64,000 nt of DNA from NCBI GenBank assembly GCA_002711995.1, contig PASN01000012.1, positions 15,155 through 79,154 of the forward strand, read 5' to 3'. The notes below the pieces were generated by a model, which was not told the origin of the DNA, made no database searches, and worked only from the letters and a program-made list of their open reading frames with translations. The position numbers were made by a program, and so were the translations under genes. The stretch is from Halobacteriovoraceae bacterium. Its GTDB lineage: Bacteria; Bdellovibrionota; Bacteriovoracia; Bacteriovoracales; Bacteriovoracaceae. Positions 18,282 to 27,046 of this stretch are shown piece after piece; position 1 is the stretch's first letter; every line of letters begins with the position of its first letter.

Positions 18282-18555
18282 AATTCGACTCTCCTTTAAG
18301 TTTTTAAATTAAGAGCCCTTTTTCAATCCAAAGACCACGCAAGCGTATCCAATAATTTCAATTGGTACGCTAACATGTGGTCCAAAATGACTAAAAGAAA
18401 AATTGTTGTAGCCACAAGCCACAAGGTTGTAGCCAAAGTGTAGCCAAATAATAGCCATCTCAGGAAATTTCGGGAAATCTCCAGAAATGTCAGATGAGGG
18501 GCTAAACGCTCAAACCCTTTGTGAATCGCTGAATGCAAAGAATTGATATTAGTGA

Positions 18556-18595
18556 ATAAAAAAAGCGTCTTTGGTTATTTAGGCCAAAGACGCTT
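18556..18595 (-). terminator. rho-independent terminator downstream of tRNA-Cys
   Basis: Perfect 12-bp stem aagcgtctttgg / ccaaagacgctt (18563-18574 / 18584-18595) with a 9-nt loop, followed on the minus strand by a T-run (A-run 18558-18564 on plus). Confidence 0.65.
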
Positions 18596-18603
18596 TAAAA
18601 GTA

Positions 18604-18681
18604 TGGAGGAGACAGCCGGATTTGAACCGGCGGCTGTACGGTTTTGCAAACCGTTCCCTTGGACCACTCGGGCATGTCTCC
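18604..18681 (-). tRNA. tRNA-Cys (anticodon GCA), CCA encoded
   Basis: The reverse complement is GGAGACATGCCCGAGTGGTCCAAGGGAACGGTTTGCAAAACCGTACAGCCGCCGGTTCAAATCCGGCTGTCTCCTCCA. It folds with a 7-bp acceptor stem, anticodon stem ACGGT/ACCGT with loop TTGCAAA, and T-arm GCCGG-TTCAAAT-CCGGC. Confidence 0.85.
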
Positions 18682-18734
18682 ATTTCTGAAAAGTTTTAAG
18701 TATATTCAGCTATTTAATTGTAATTGTCAATTAC

Positions 18735-19151
18735 TCAGTTTCTCTTTCCAAGCTTTGAATCCACACTAAACACTCCCGCTCCTGTGAATGCTAAAAGAAT
18801 AGAGCTGAATAAAAACATAAATGCGAGCTCTTTCACATTCCAAGGATCACTTGAATGAAAGATTAATCCCGCCACGGCCATATTGATTGCAAGCACAATT
18901 GCGGCAGGGCTTGTTAAAAGGCCAACTGCGATTAAGATTCCTCCCCCAAGCTCGGCAAGTCCCGCTAGCCAAGCAAAGAGACTAGGTGCAGGAAAGCCCA
19001 TTCCGGAAACCATTCCCACAAACTGATCAGCGGGTGGAACTTTACCCATGCCGTGCATGAAGGCAATGTTGAGACCAATAAATAATCTGAAAATTAAAAG
19101 ACCAGTGTCTGTCGCCTTTGAATTAACCGGCGCGCTGAAAAGAAAACTCAT
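18735..19151 (-). CDS. DoxX-family membrane protein
   Basis: 138 aa with 4 TM. LLIFRLFIGLNIAFMHGMGKV and AELGGGILIAVGLLT are typical DoxX motifs. Confidence 0.75.
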   Translation of the reverse strand: MSFLFSAPVNSKATDTGLLIFRLFIGLNIAFMHGMGKVPPADQFVGMVSGMGFPAPSLFAWLAGLAELGGGILIAVGLLTSPAAIVLAINMAVAGLIFHSSDPWNVKELAFMFLFSSILLAFTGAGVFSVDSKLGKRN

Positions 19152-19235
19152 ATTAACTCCTTTTTAGACAATCATATCCAATAAGGCGTTTTGAGTAACA
19201 GGCCACAGCTTAGATATGGCCTGTATATGAAGAGA

Positions 19236-19652
19236 TTACTTTTTGCTGATCAGTCTATCCACGCTAAACGCTCCAGGTCCAGCAGTGAACAAAAGAACGC
19301 AGCAAGATAGATATAGAAGCGCTAGCTCTTTCTTAGCGAATGGATCAGCTCCATGAACCAAGAATGCGGCAATTACCATTGTTCCGCCCAAGGCCAATGC
19401 TGAAAATCTCGTGGCAAGTCCAATCGCAATCAGTAGTCCCCCGCCAAATTCAGCGATGGCGGCAAGCCATGCCATAAGTTCAGGCGCTGGAAGTCCAAGG
19501 GATCCGACAAATCCCATAAAAGCAGGCTTTGGCGGTATCTTTCCAAGTCCGTGAGCGAAGGCCATAGTGAACCCAACGTATAATCTAAATAACAACAATC
19601 CCAAATTGTGCATGTTCGAGTAGCTCTCAGCTCCCATCAAAAACTTTTTCAT
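19236..19652 (-). CDS. DoxX-family membrane protein (tandem paralog)
   Basis: 138 aa, colinear with and clearly similar to the 18735-19151 product. Confidence 0.75.
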   Translation of the reverse strand: MKKFLMGAESYSNMHNLGLLLFRLYVGFTMAFAHGLGKIPPKPAFMGFVGSLGLPAPELMAWLAAIAEFGGGLLIAIGLATRFSALALGGTMVIAAFLVHGADPFAKKELALLYLSCCVLLFTAGPGAFSVDRLISKK

Positions 19653-19691
19653 ATATCCTCCAAGTTATTGTTTTATTGTTACAAGTATAAA

Positions 19692-19719
19692 ATAAAAAGG
19701 GAAGCCTCTAAGGCCTCCC
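19692..19719 (-). terminator. rho-independent terminator after the HU/IHF gene
   Basis: Hairpin gggaagcc-tctaa-ggcctccc (19699-19719) is followed on the minus strand by TTTTT (plus-strand A-run 19694-19698). Confidence 0.6.
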
Positions 19720-19762
19720 TCGATATATATAAAGAAATTTATTTTAAAGACTAGAGCGAGAT

Positions 19763-20068
19763 TTAAGCTTCTCTGATTACATACTTCTCTTTTCCGGCGT
19801 CCACCATCTCTTTAAGCTCTTTGCCAACTTTAAAGAATGGAACCTTCTTAGGATCAACCTTCACAACTTTGCCAGTCTTTGGGTTTCTTCCTTCGTATGC
19901 TTTGTAGTTTCTATTTGCGAAAGATCCAAAGCCTCTAATCTCAATTCCCTCGTCGTCGTAAAGAGCTTGAATCATAGTATCAAAAGCGATGTTCACAATT
20001 TTCTCAGCTTGCTTTGGATTAAGGTTTGCCTGTTTTTCAATTACGGCAATCAAATCAGCTTTAGTCAT
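19763..20068 (-). CDS. HU/IHF-family DNA-binding protein (IHF-beta-like)
   Basis: 101 aa. IRGFGSFANRNYKAYEGRNPKTGKVVKVDPKKVPFFKVGKELK is the DNA-binding arm signature. Confidence 0.85.
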   Translation of the reverse strand: MTKADLIAVIEKQANLNPKQAEKIVNIAFDTMIQALYDDEGIEIRGFGSFANRNYKAYEGRNPKTGKVVKVDPKKVPFFKVGKELKEMVDAGKEKYVIREA

Positions 20069-20261
20069 AATCTCTCTCCTTGCTCGTGCAATATGTAATA
20101 TTTGATACTTATATCGGTCACTAAACTGAAAAACATTAGTTTAGTAATCAATAAATGCACAATTACTTGGCAACTTTGAGGGAAGCATATTCATAAAATA
20201 CACCTAACCTACTGTTATTACGATTATACGGCCTATTCATGATTTTATTAAGCTAAAATAT

Positions 20262-20288
20262 TAAATAACTGACGCTGGTAGTCGATAA
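20262..20288 (+). promoter_or_regulatory. sigma28 (FliA)-like promoter: TAAA-N15-GTCGATAA
   Basis: TAAA at 20262-20265, a 15-nt spacer, and GTCGATAA at 20281-20288, 15 nt upstream of the ATG at 20304. Confidence 0.45.
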
Positions 20289-20303
20289 GATACTAAGAAT
20301 ATT

Positions 20304-21830
20304 ATGAAAAAACTTGTATACGTCCTATTCATCTGTGTTTTTGCGGCCTCCTGTTTGGAGGACGAGTCAAGAATGCGCCCCACAATAAATCCTTATCAGG
20401 ATTTAATTACCGGTGGTGACGATGACGCAGACGACAAATCTGATGAATTTGAGCTGCCTACAAGGCCTGATGGTGCAGTGTATCTTCAATCTGGGTTTTG
20501 TGGATGTAGCGAGGGCGAAGCAATAACCTTGGGAGCAAACTGCGTAAGCTTTTGCGAAGGAAAAAATCATCCAGAAGAATTCCTATATGTAGATGTAAAG
20601 GTTGGAGAAGAAATAGAAACCTCATCTCTAGTTGATCTCGCAGGATGGTGTACAAAACCCCTATCTTACACAGACCCTGAAACAGGTGCAATTGAACAAA
20701 TTCAAGTTGACGCTTCCTGCCAGGCACAGTTTAAAGACGAAAACGGTTCGACGGGCGGAGTAACAGTTGACACGATCTCTTCTGGAGACACATCTGTAAA
20801 AATCAATATCGCACTACTTGATCCAGATAAAACTTACAGGCTTAAAATTGCCGAAACTCAAAGTGGAGCAAGCTCAAACACAATTCAAGTGAGAAAAGTA
20901 TCAGCTAGGGTTACTGACCCAGTTGGTGGACCTCTAGCTCTTATGCCGGTTAATCAATATACATGCTTAAATAGAACTGTCTCTTCGGAAGAAGGCACAG
21001 GACAAGCATTCTTTGATTCTGCTCAAAGAAGTCACTACTACTTCATTAATGAAGATAGGCCAGATCCTTTGCCAGACACTTACTCAAACATCTTCTGCCA
21101 CGACTTTTTAATCTATGGCACCACTCCTATAAATGACCCTCTTATTGAAGAGACTCCTGGACAGTTCACTGTATGGAGCAAGTGGGACCCAAGGTTTTTT
21201 GACCTAAGTGGCGCTGAAGATGGAACCACAACTGAGATACATAAAATTCTTCAACAAAAGATCGAGGATCAAGGCTACTCCGTGGACACACCTCCAAGTG
21301 TTTTCTTTCCACTTGAGTATTACAATGGGCCTCCAATAACTAACAATGATGGAGAAACAACTGAGCCTCAGCAAAAGCACCTTGGCTACTATATGCTTCC
21401 ATATGTGGATGACAGCACATTTAAGGCATACTGCCCTACCGCTGAACACTACAATTCTGAAAACCCGCTGTTCTCAGCAATGAAGGAAGTTGTGGGCGTT
21501 GACACTGAAGGACTTTACATAGCCAAGCAGGTTAATGTTTGTGACTACATACTTATTACTGAATCAGTTCTTAAAAAGATTTGGTTCTACAAAGAGAATG
21601 GCCAACACTTTGAGCCTACGGACAACACCGTTGCAGGCAAGAAAGTTCAGTTTTACTGGCCGGCAGATCCAGACTCACCTTTTATTAAAAAGTCTCACCA
21701 GAGGACATACACAATCAAAAAACCTGATGAGTTGTCTTGTGGGTCAACCAATGTCTCAGACAATGCAAACGAAGCAAACCAAAGCTTCCCGCCACACGAC
21801 AAACGTATTGGTTGCGTTCCAAAAATGTAA
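20304..21830 (+). CDS. lipoprotein of unknown function
   Basis: 508 aa with lipobox VFAASC, Cys-containing and Asp/Thr-rich. I recognise no family. Confidence 0.6.
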   Translation: MKKLVYVLFICVFAASCLEDESRMRPTINPYQDLITGGDDDADDKSDEFELPTRPDGAVYLQSGFCGCSEGEAITLGANCVSFCEGKNHPEEFLYVDVKVGEEIETSSLVDLAGWCTKPLSYTDPETGAIEQIQVDASCQAQFKDENGSTGGVTVDTISSGDTSVKINIALLDPDKTYRLKIAETQSGASSNTIQVRKVSARVTDPVGGPLALMPVNQYTCLNRTVSSEEGTGQAFFDSAQRSHYYFINEDRPDPLPDTYSNIFCHDFLIYGTTPINDPLIEETPGQFTVWSKWDPRFFDLSGAEDGTTTEIHKILQQKIEDQGYSVDTPPSVFFPLEYYNGPPITNNDGETTEPQQKHLGYYMLPYVDDSTFKAYCPTAEHYNSENPLFSAMKEVVGVDTEGLYIAKQVNVCDYILITESVLKKIWFYKENGQHFEPTDNTVAGKKVQFYWPADPDSPFIKKSHQRTYTIKKPDELSCGSTNVSDNANEANQSFPPHDKRIGCVPKM

Positions 21831-21832
21831 AT

Positions 21833-22513
21833 TTATAAGTGATAATACTTTAAGACTATGTCCAGCGTAGGTGTGAGCTCATCTTTAAAAATCACATAAA
21901 AGGAAATGATATTTGCGGAAAATGCCGCAATCCCAATACACATCTTTACAAGGATTCTTCTAAAGATGTTTCCTTTGCTGTTGAAAAGATTGAGAAAGAA
22001 AACAGAGACAAACACCCCTATTAGAATCATCCCGTACTTTTTAACTTTTTCAGGCTTATTTACCAAGCTTAAAAGAGATGGCAGCGCCCTTCTATCTCTC
22101 AAGATATCAATAAACATATCCAAAAATTTTGGCTTTTCTTTTAAGAAGTCTCCGAAAGGCTGCCCCTCAAGTCTTGAAAGCACAAGACTTTGAAGCTCAC
22201 TCTTACTCATATTGGAAAAGGGATTTTGCTTTAGAAAGCGGCCAATAAACTTCTTGGACGCATTATTCATGATCTTTGAAATGAAGGAGTCTTCAATTTT
22301 CACAGGGGCCACAGGTTCGATAATTTCAGGCCGTTCCTCTTCGTAATTGTCCTCTTCAATAACCCTATCTACCTCAGTGGTTTCCTGAGGCGCAGGTTTC
22401 TTCGAATATTCACGAAGAATTCTCTCTCTATAGGCCTCATCATCCTCCTGCGAATAAGCAGGAGGAGTAAAAATAAGACCTAAAAAGAGAGTAAGTAAAA
22501 GATTAAGCTTCAT
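21833..22513 (-). CDS. secreted/membrane-anchored protein of unknown function, translationally overlapping secF
   Basis: The ATG at 22513 gives MKLNLLLTLFLGLIFTPPAYSQ (signal peptide) and C-terminal TM segments. It overlaps the secF 3' end by 11 nt. The track start at 22588 lies inside secF. Confidence 0.5.
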   Translation of the reverse strand: MKLNLLLTLFLGLIFTPPAYSQEDDEAYRERILREYSKKPAPQETTEVDRVIEEDNYEEERPEIIEPVAPVKIEDSFISKIMNNASKKFIGRFLKQNPFSNMSKSELQSLVLSRLEGQPFGDFLKEKPKFLDMFIDILRDRRALPSLLSLVNKPEKVKKYGMILIGVFVSVFFLNLFNSKGNIFRRILVKMCIGIAAFSANIISFYVIFKDELTPTLDIVLKYYHL

Positions 22514-23405
22514 CACCCTTCTTTCCAGCGATTTTGTCGAAGAACAATACGGTTGGAGCGGCAACAAAGATTGAAGAATAAGTACCAACTAATACGCCGA
22601 TACAAATCGCGAAGAAAAAGTCTTGAATAATACCGCCACCCATAAAATACATTACTCCGGCCACAATCAAAGTTGTAATTGAAGTAAGAATTGTTCTGGA
22701 TAGAGTCTCATTTAATGCGCCGTTGATTTGCTCTTTAAGACTTCTTGAAGTGTATTTTTCCTCATGCTCACGAACACGGTCATAAACAACAACCGTATCG
22801 TTAACAGAGTAACCAATAACGGCAAGAAGGGCACCAACGATTTGAAGGCTGAATTCTTTGTCCATTAAAGAGAAAATACCGATAATGATAATTACATCGT
22901 GAAGAAGTGCCACAATCGCACCTGGCGAGTATTTGTAGTCAAATCTCAAGGCAATGTAGATCATGATCATCAAAAGTGCCCATGCCATAGCTTGGAATCC
23001 AGAAATTCTCAACTGCTCACCCGCCTTAGGCCCTACGATGTCTGTCTTTAGTATTTCAGAGCCCTTGTCGCTGAAATCTGCCTGAAGCATCTTTGTAATC
23101 TGATCAGTAACTTGGTTTAAGTTTGACTCGCTTGCAGCGACTTTAACAAGAAATTGACTCTCATCCTCATCCCCTATTCTTTGAACAGAAGAAGACTTAA
23201 AGTTATTGGAGTCCAAAGAGTCTCTCAACTCTTCTAGTTGCGTGTCTTTTTCAAACGCCACCTGGATCTCAGCTCCCCCTCTAAAGTCTACACCGTAGTT
23301 TAGACCCTTAGAGAAGAATAAAGATAGTGAACCTATAACCAGCACCGCGGACAAGACCACGGACACAGGAAATTTGGAAACAAAACTAATATTAAATTTG
23401 CTCAT
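22503..23405 (-). CDS. secF: protein translocase subunit SecF
   Basis: 300 aa. GLNYGVDFRGG, and a 6-TM SecF pattern directly downstream of secD. Confidence 0.9.
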   Translation of the reverse strand: MSKFNISFVSKFPVSVVLSAVLVIGSLSLFFSKGLNYGVDFRGGAEIQVAFEKDTQLEELRDSLDSNNFKSSSVQRIGDEDESQFLVKVAASESNLNQVTDQITKMLQADFSDKGSEILKTDIVGPKAGEQLRISGFQAMAWALLMIMIYIALRFDYKYSPGAIVALLHDVIIIIGIFSLMDKEFSLQIVGALLAVIGYSVNDTVVVYDRVREHEEKYTSRSLKEQINGALNETLSRTILTSITTLIVAGVMYFMGGGIIQDFFFAICIGVLVGTYSSIFVAAPTVLFFDKIAGKKGDEA

Positions 23406-23419
23406 ATTTTAAATCCTTT

Positions 23420-25138
23420 TTAAATGCTTACTTTCTTGCCACCAGTTCTGGCCATGTAAAACTCAAAGTACAATCTACTTACAAAGTAAGAAGTGTACAC
23501 TGTACAGGCGATACCAATTAGTAGAGTCACCGCGAATCCTCTAATTGGGCCAGTTCCAAAGTTTAATAGCATTAAACCTGCAACAGCAGTGGTTAAGTTG
23601 GCATCTAGAATTGTCCAGAAAGCTCTTGAGAAACCAGTTGCAACGGCCTCTCTTGCAGGAGTTCCAATTCTTAGCTCCTCTTTGATTCTTTCAAAGATAA
23701 TGATATTGCCGTCAATCGCCATACCTACCGTCAATACGATACCTGCGATACCTGGAAGAGTAAGAGTTGCCTCAAGTCCCACCAAGCAAGCAAGAACAAA
23801 GATCACGTTAAGCGCAAGCGCCTTGATCGCAAGAACGCCAGAAACTTTGTAGTAGATAACAATGAACAATAGAACAATGAAAGCTCCAATCAAACCAGCA
23901 GTCTCAGCTTTTTCAATTGAGTCAGCACCCAGTGATGGACCAACAATTCTTTGCTCTTGAAATTCTAGCTCAACTGGAAGTGCACCTGCTCTTAGAACCA
24001 AAGACAAGTCTCTAGCCTCTTTTAGAAGATCGTTATAGTTTCCTTGACCTAAAGTAATCTGAGCGTTTCCACCACCAATTCTTGATTGGATAACTGGATC
24101 TGAATAAACGTTGTTATCTAAAATAATTGCCAGTCTCTTTCCGATATTGTCGCCAGTCACCTGCTCAAAAAGCTTGGCGCCCTGACTCTTAAAAGTAATG
24201 CCAACGTATGGCAGATTGTCTTGTGGATCGATTCTAACAACTGCATCCTGAATCTCTTCCCCTGTAACACTTGGAGTAGACTCAACAACGTATGGAATCA
24301 ATTGCTCAACTTCATTGCTAACGGGATTTAGAATCTTCTTGAACACAAGCTCAAAGCCATTTGGAATTTCTTCTTTGAATTTTTGGTTCATTTGAAGAGC
24401 GTACTCTGAAAACCTCTGTCCTCTTTTATATACAAGGCCATCTTTTTCAGATGTTTCCATCCAGCTCTGAAGAGTGTCCGGATTTACTTCTTCATTAACA
24501 ATTCTAAAAGAAAGTTTCGCAGTCTTTCCAATTAGGTCTTTCGCTCTTTCGATGTCTTTAACACCTGGAAGCTGAACAACAATTCTGTCCTCACCTAAAG
24601 AAACAATCTCTGGCTCGGTAACACCAAATTCGTCAATTCTGTTTCTAATAACTTCAATTGATTTTTTAACAGCATTGTCTTCAATATCTTCCTTAAACTC
24701 TCTTCCAAGGGCATAAGTAAGAGTGGCACCTTCGTTGCCCACAAGTCTTAATGGAAAAGAGTAGAACTCTTCAATTTTATCTTGTGCTGCATCCATTTGA
24801 GCAGCACTTGAAAGAGTTAATGTGTGCTTTGGATCTTCAGGATCAGAGATATTTAACTCTCCAATCTGAGAGCCAATCCCCTCATCTTTCAAAGTGTTTT
24901 CCACTTTCTTGATGTAGTTTTTAACTTCGTCTCTATAGACCTTATTAAAGTCAATTCCCAAAACCATATAAAGGCCACCTTGAAGGTCAAGACCTAGATT
25001 GATTTTTGACTTAACGGGAAAATCGGACTTCTCCGGATCAAATCCAAAGAATGTCGGGATTACTGCCATTATCGCAACAATAGACAAGAACAGTAATAAA
25101 CTAAAACGATACCACCAACTGCGATTCATTAAATTCAC
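23420..25138 (-). CDS. secD: protein translocase subunit SecD
   Basis: 572 aa. LGLDLQGG, a large periplasmic domain, and C-terminal TM bundle GIAGIVLTVGMAIDGNIIIFERIKEE. Confidence 0.9.
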   Translation of the reverse strand: MNLMNRSWWYRFSLLLFLSIVAIMAVIPTFFGFDPEKSDFPVKSKINLGLDLQGGLYMVLGIDFNKVYRDEVKNYIKKVENTLKDEGIGSQIGELNISDPEDPKHTLTLSSAAQMDAAQDKIEEFYSFPLRLVGNEGATLTYALGREFKEDIEDNAVKKSIEVIRNRIDEFGVTEPEIVSLGEDRIVVQLPGVKDIERAKDLIGKTAKLSFRIVNEEVNPDTLQSWMETSEKDGLVYKRGQRFSEYALQMNQKFKEEIPNGFELVFKKILNPVSNEVEQLIPYVVESTPSVTGEEIQDAVVRIDPQDNLPYVGITFKSQGAKLFEQVTGDNIGKRLAIILDNNVYSDPVIQSRIGGGNAQITLGQGNYNDLLKEARDLSLVLRAGALPVELEFQEQRIVGPSLGADSIEKAETAGLIGAFIVLLFIVIYYKVSGVLAIKALALNVIFVLACLVGLEATLTLPGIAGIVLTVGMAIDGNIIIFERIKEELRIGTPAREAVATGFSRAFWTILDANLTTAVAGLMLLNFGTGPIRGFAVTLLIGIACTVYTSYFVSRLYFEFYMARTGGKKVSI

Positions 25139-25290
25139 CTTTTATATTTAGTTAGTAATTGTTCTGAAAACACACAATAAAAGTCCGCGCTTTAATTAAG
25201 AAGCGAGAACGTTTTGCCTAAACTTAAGCACTTATAAAATGTTAAACAATTTTAGTCATTTGAGCAAACAACTAAATGATAGAGCAAGTT

Positions 25291-25560
25291 TTATTTTTCC
25301 TTGCTCTCAGTGGATTCTTTTGAGCTTGGGGCAGGTGTTTCTTCCTTCCCGCCCTTTGCTGGGTTGACCATATCAGTGATCTGGTCTTTCGTTTCGTTAA
25401 CAGGATTTGTTACATGCTCCTGAAGACCACGTGCAGCATTTTGAAATTCACGCATTCCCTTACCTAGTCCCTTCGCAAGCTCTGGCAGTTTCTTAGGGCC
25501 TATAAAGATTAATGCAATGAATAAAATTATGACGATTTCGCCAACACCAAGTCCAAACAC
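25291..25560 (-). CDS. tatA: twin-arginine translocase subunit TatA/E
   Basis: 89 aa. MFGLGVGEIVIILFIALIFIGPKKLPELAKGLGKGMREF is the canonical TatA TM plus amphipathic helix. GTG start. Confidence 0.8.
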   Translation of the reverse strand: MFGLGVGEIVIILFIALIFIGPKKLPELAKGLGKGMREFQNAARGLQEHVTNPVNETKDQITDMVNPAKGGKEETPAPSSKESTESKEK

Positions 25561-25572
25561 GTTTACTACCTC

Positions 25573-25911
25573 TTACTTCTTGGCCTCTGGAGATTCGTTA
25601 AGAATCTTTGTGGAGCCGCCAATTTGGTTTCTTAAAAATTTAACTTTTTGACCACCCTCGATTTCAAGAGTCACAACTTTGTCTGTAAGGCCGTAAATAG
25701 TTCCGATCATTCCAGACTTAGTAAAGACTTCCTCGCCTTTTTGCATTTGGCTGATGAATCTTTGCTCTTCTTCCATCTTCTTCTTCTGAGGACGAATCAT
25801 TAGAAAGTATAATACCAGAAATACCAAAATGATGGGTACAAAAGACATAATTGGGTTTTGTTGAGGCGCTCCAGCTTGAGCGTGCGCGCTTGCAATAAAT
25901 AGATCTAGCAT
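25573..25911 (-). CDS. yajC: preprotein translocase subunit YajC
   Basis: 112 aa. LVLYFLMIRPQKKKMEEEQRFISQMQKGEEVFTKSGMIGTI matches the YajC signature. Confidence 0.85.
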   Translation of the reverse strand: MLDLFIASAHAQAGAPQQNPIMSFVPIILVFLVLYFLMIRPQKKKMEEEQRFISQMQKGEEVFTKSGMIGTIYGLTDKVVTLEIEGGQKVKFLRNQIGGSTKILNESPEAKK

Positions 25912-25933
25912 AGGATTTCCTTTTTATTTTCAG

Positions 25934-27046
25934 TTATTTCCAGCGTTCTGAAGTGTACTTTTTATAGAATTCTTTATAATAATCGTCAAATTTGTCTTCT
26001 AAAATTGCGGCCCTGGCCTCTTTGACCATCTTTAAATAAAAGTGAAGGTTGTGAAAGCTAATCATCTGCCCGCCAAGATATTCACCTACCGTAAACAGGT
26101 GGCGTACATAAGACCTTGAGTAGTTTGAGCAAACTTTACAGTCGCATTCAGGATCTGGTGGCAGCTCGTCAAATTGGAACTTTTGTTTTTTGATATTCAC
26201 AGGCCCATGACCTGTAAGAAACTGTCCGTTTCTTGCGTTTCTAGTAGGAAGAACACAGTCAAACATATCGATCCCAGCGCGAATGCCGTTTAAAATATCA
26301 AGGGGTTTCCCCCCCCCCATTAGATATCTTGGTTTGTGCTCGGGCATTTTTGGAGTGAAGCTATTTAAGAAATCCACCATCTCGTCATTTTTCTCGCCAA
26401 CACTTAAGCCACCAAGTGCCAGGCCTGGAAGATCAAGCTCTTCAAGACGCTCCATGCATTCCTGTCTAAGATCCTCGTGAAGTCCACCTTGAACGATCCC
26501 AAAAAGGTTTTGATGCTCCTGAAGTGGATAGTCTGCGCAACGCTTGGCCCACCTTAAGGTAAGTTCCATACTTTCTCTAAGTCTTTCTTTGGAGGCCGGA
26601 AGCGCTGGACACTCATCAAAGATCATAACGATGTCACTGCCAAGAGCTTTTTGAATCTCCATAGATTTTTCAGGAGAGAGCATGTGGTAAGAACCATCCA
26701 AGTGAGATTGAAACCTCACCCCTTCTTCAGTGACCTTGTTTAAATCTCCCAATGAGAAAACTTGGTATCCACCAGAGTCAGTAAGTATTGGGCGATCCCA
26801 GTTCATAAACTTGTGGAGTCCACCCATTTTTTCAACAAGCTCATGCCCTGGACGCAAAAACAGGTGGTAGGTGTTTCCAAGAATAATTTCAGCGCCCACT
26901 TCTTTAAGCTCATGATGCCAGATGGCCTTAACGGCACCTCTAGTTCCAACAGGCATAAAGATTGGAGTTTGAATGTCTCCATGGGCGGTTGAGACAACGC
27001 CAGCTCTGGCATTGCCACTTGTTCCTTCTAATTTATAAATGCTCAT
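25934..27046 (-). CDS. tgt: queuine tRNA-ribosyltransferase
   Basis: 370 aa. FMPVGTRGAVK, ILTDSGGYQVFSL, and the Zn motif CDCKVCSNYSRSYVRHL. Confidence 0.95.
   Translation of the reverse strand: MSIYKLEGTSGNARAGVVSTAHGDIQTPIFMPVGTRGAVKAIWHHELKEVGAEIILGNTYHLFLRPGHELVEKMGGLHKFMNWDRPILTDSGGYQVFSLGDLNKVTEEGVRFQSHLDGSYHMLSPEKSMEIQKALGSDIVMIFDECPALPASKERLRESMELTLRWAKRCADYPLQEHQNLFGIVQGGLHEDLRQECMERLEELDLPGLALGGLSVGEKNDEMVDFLNSFTPKMPEHKPRYLMGGGKPLDILNGIRAGIDMFDCVLPTRNARNGQFLTGHGPVNIKKQKFQFDELPPDPECDCKVCSNYSRSYVRHLFTVGEYLGGQMISFHNLHFYLKMVKEARAAILEDKFDDYYKEFYKKYTSERWK

Noticed and set aside
18323-18538. 71-aa minus-strand ORF between the XRE gene and tRNA-Cys
   Set aside because: Its hydrophobic 'LATTLWLVATT' sequence is just the translation of the TAGCCA direct repeats, so it is treated as a non-coding repeat region.
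16123-18700. Integrated mobile element at tRNA-Cys (integrase, att direct repeat)
   Set aside because: There is no integrase or recombinase ORF. I could not find a second copy of the tRNA 3' end (TGGAGGAGACAGCCGGATTTGAACC or parts of it) near 16.1 kb or elsewhere in the window. It can only be called an islet, not a defined mobile element.
20100-20135. ACCGATAT box upstream of the HU/IHF gene (minus strand) as another sigma28 promoter
   Set aside because: No TAAA-like -35 lies at 15-16 nt (the nearest is at ~21 nt), and the gene is a housekeeping nucleoid protein. It is probably a chance match.
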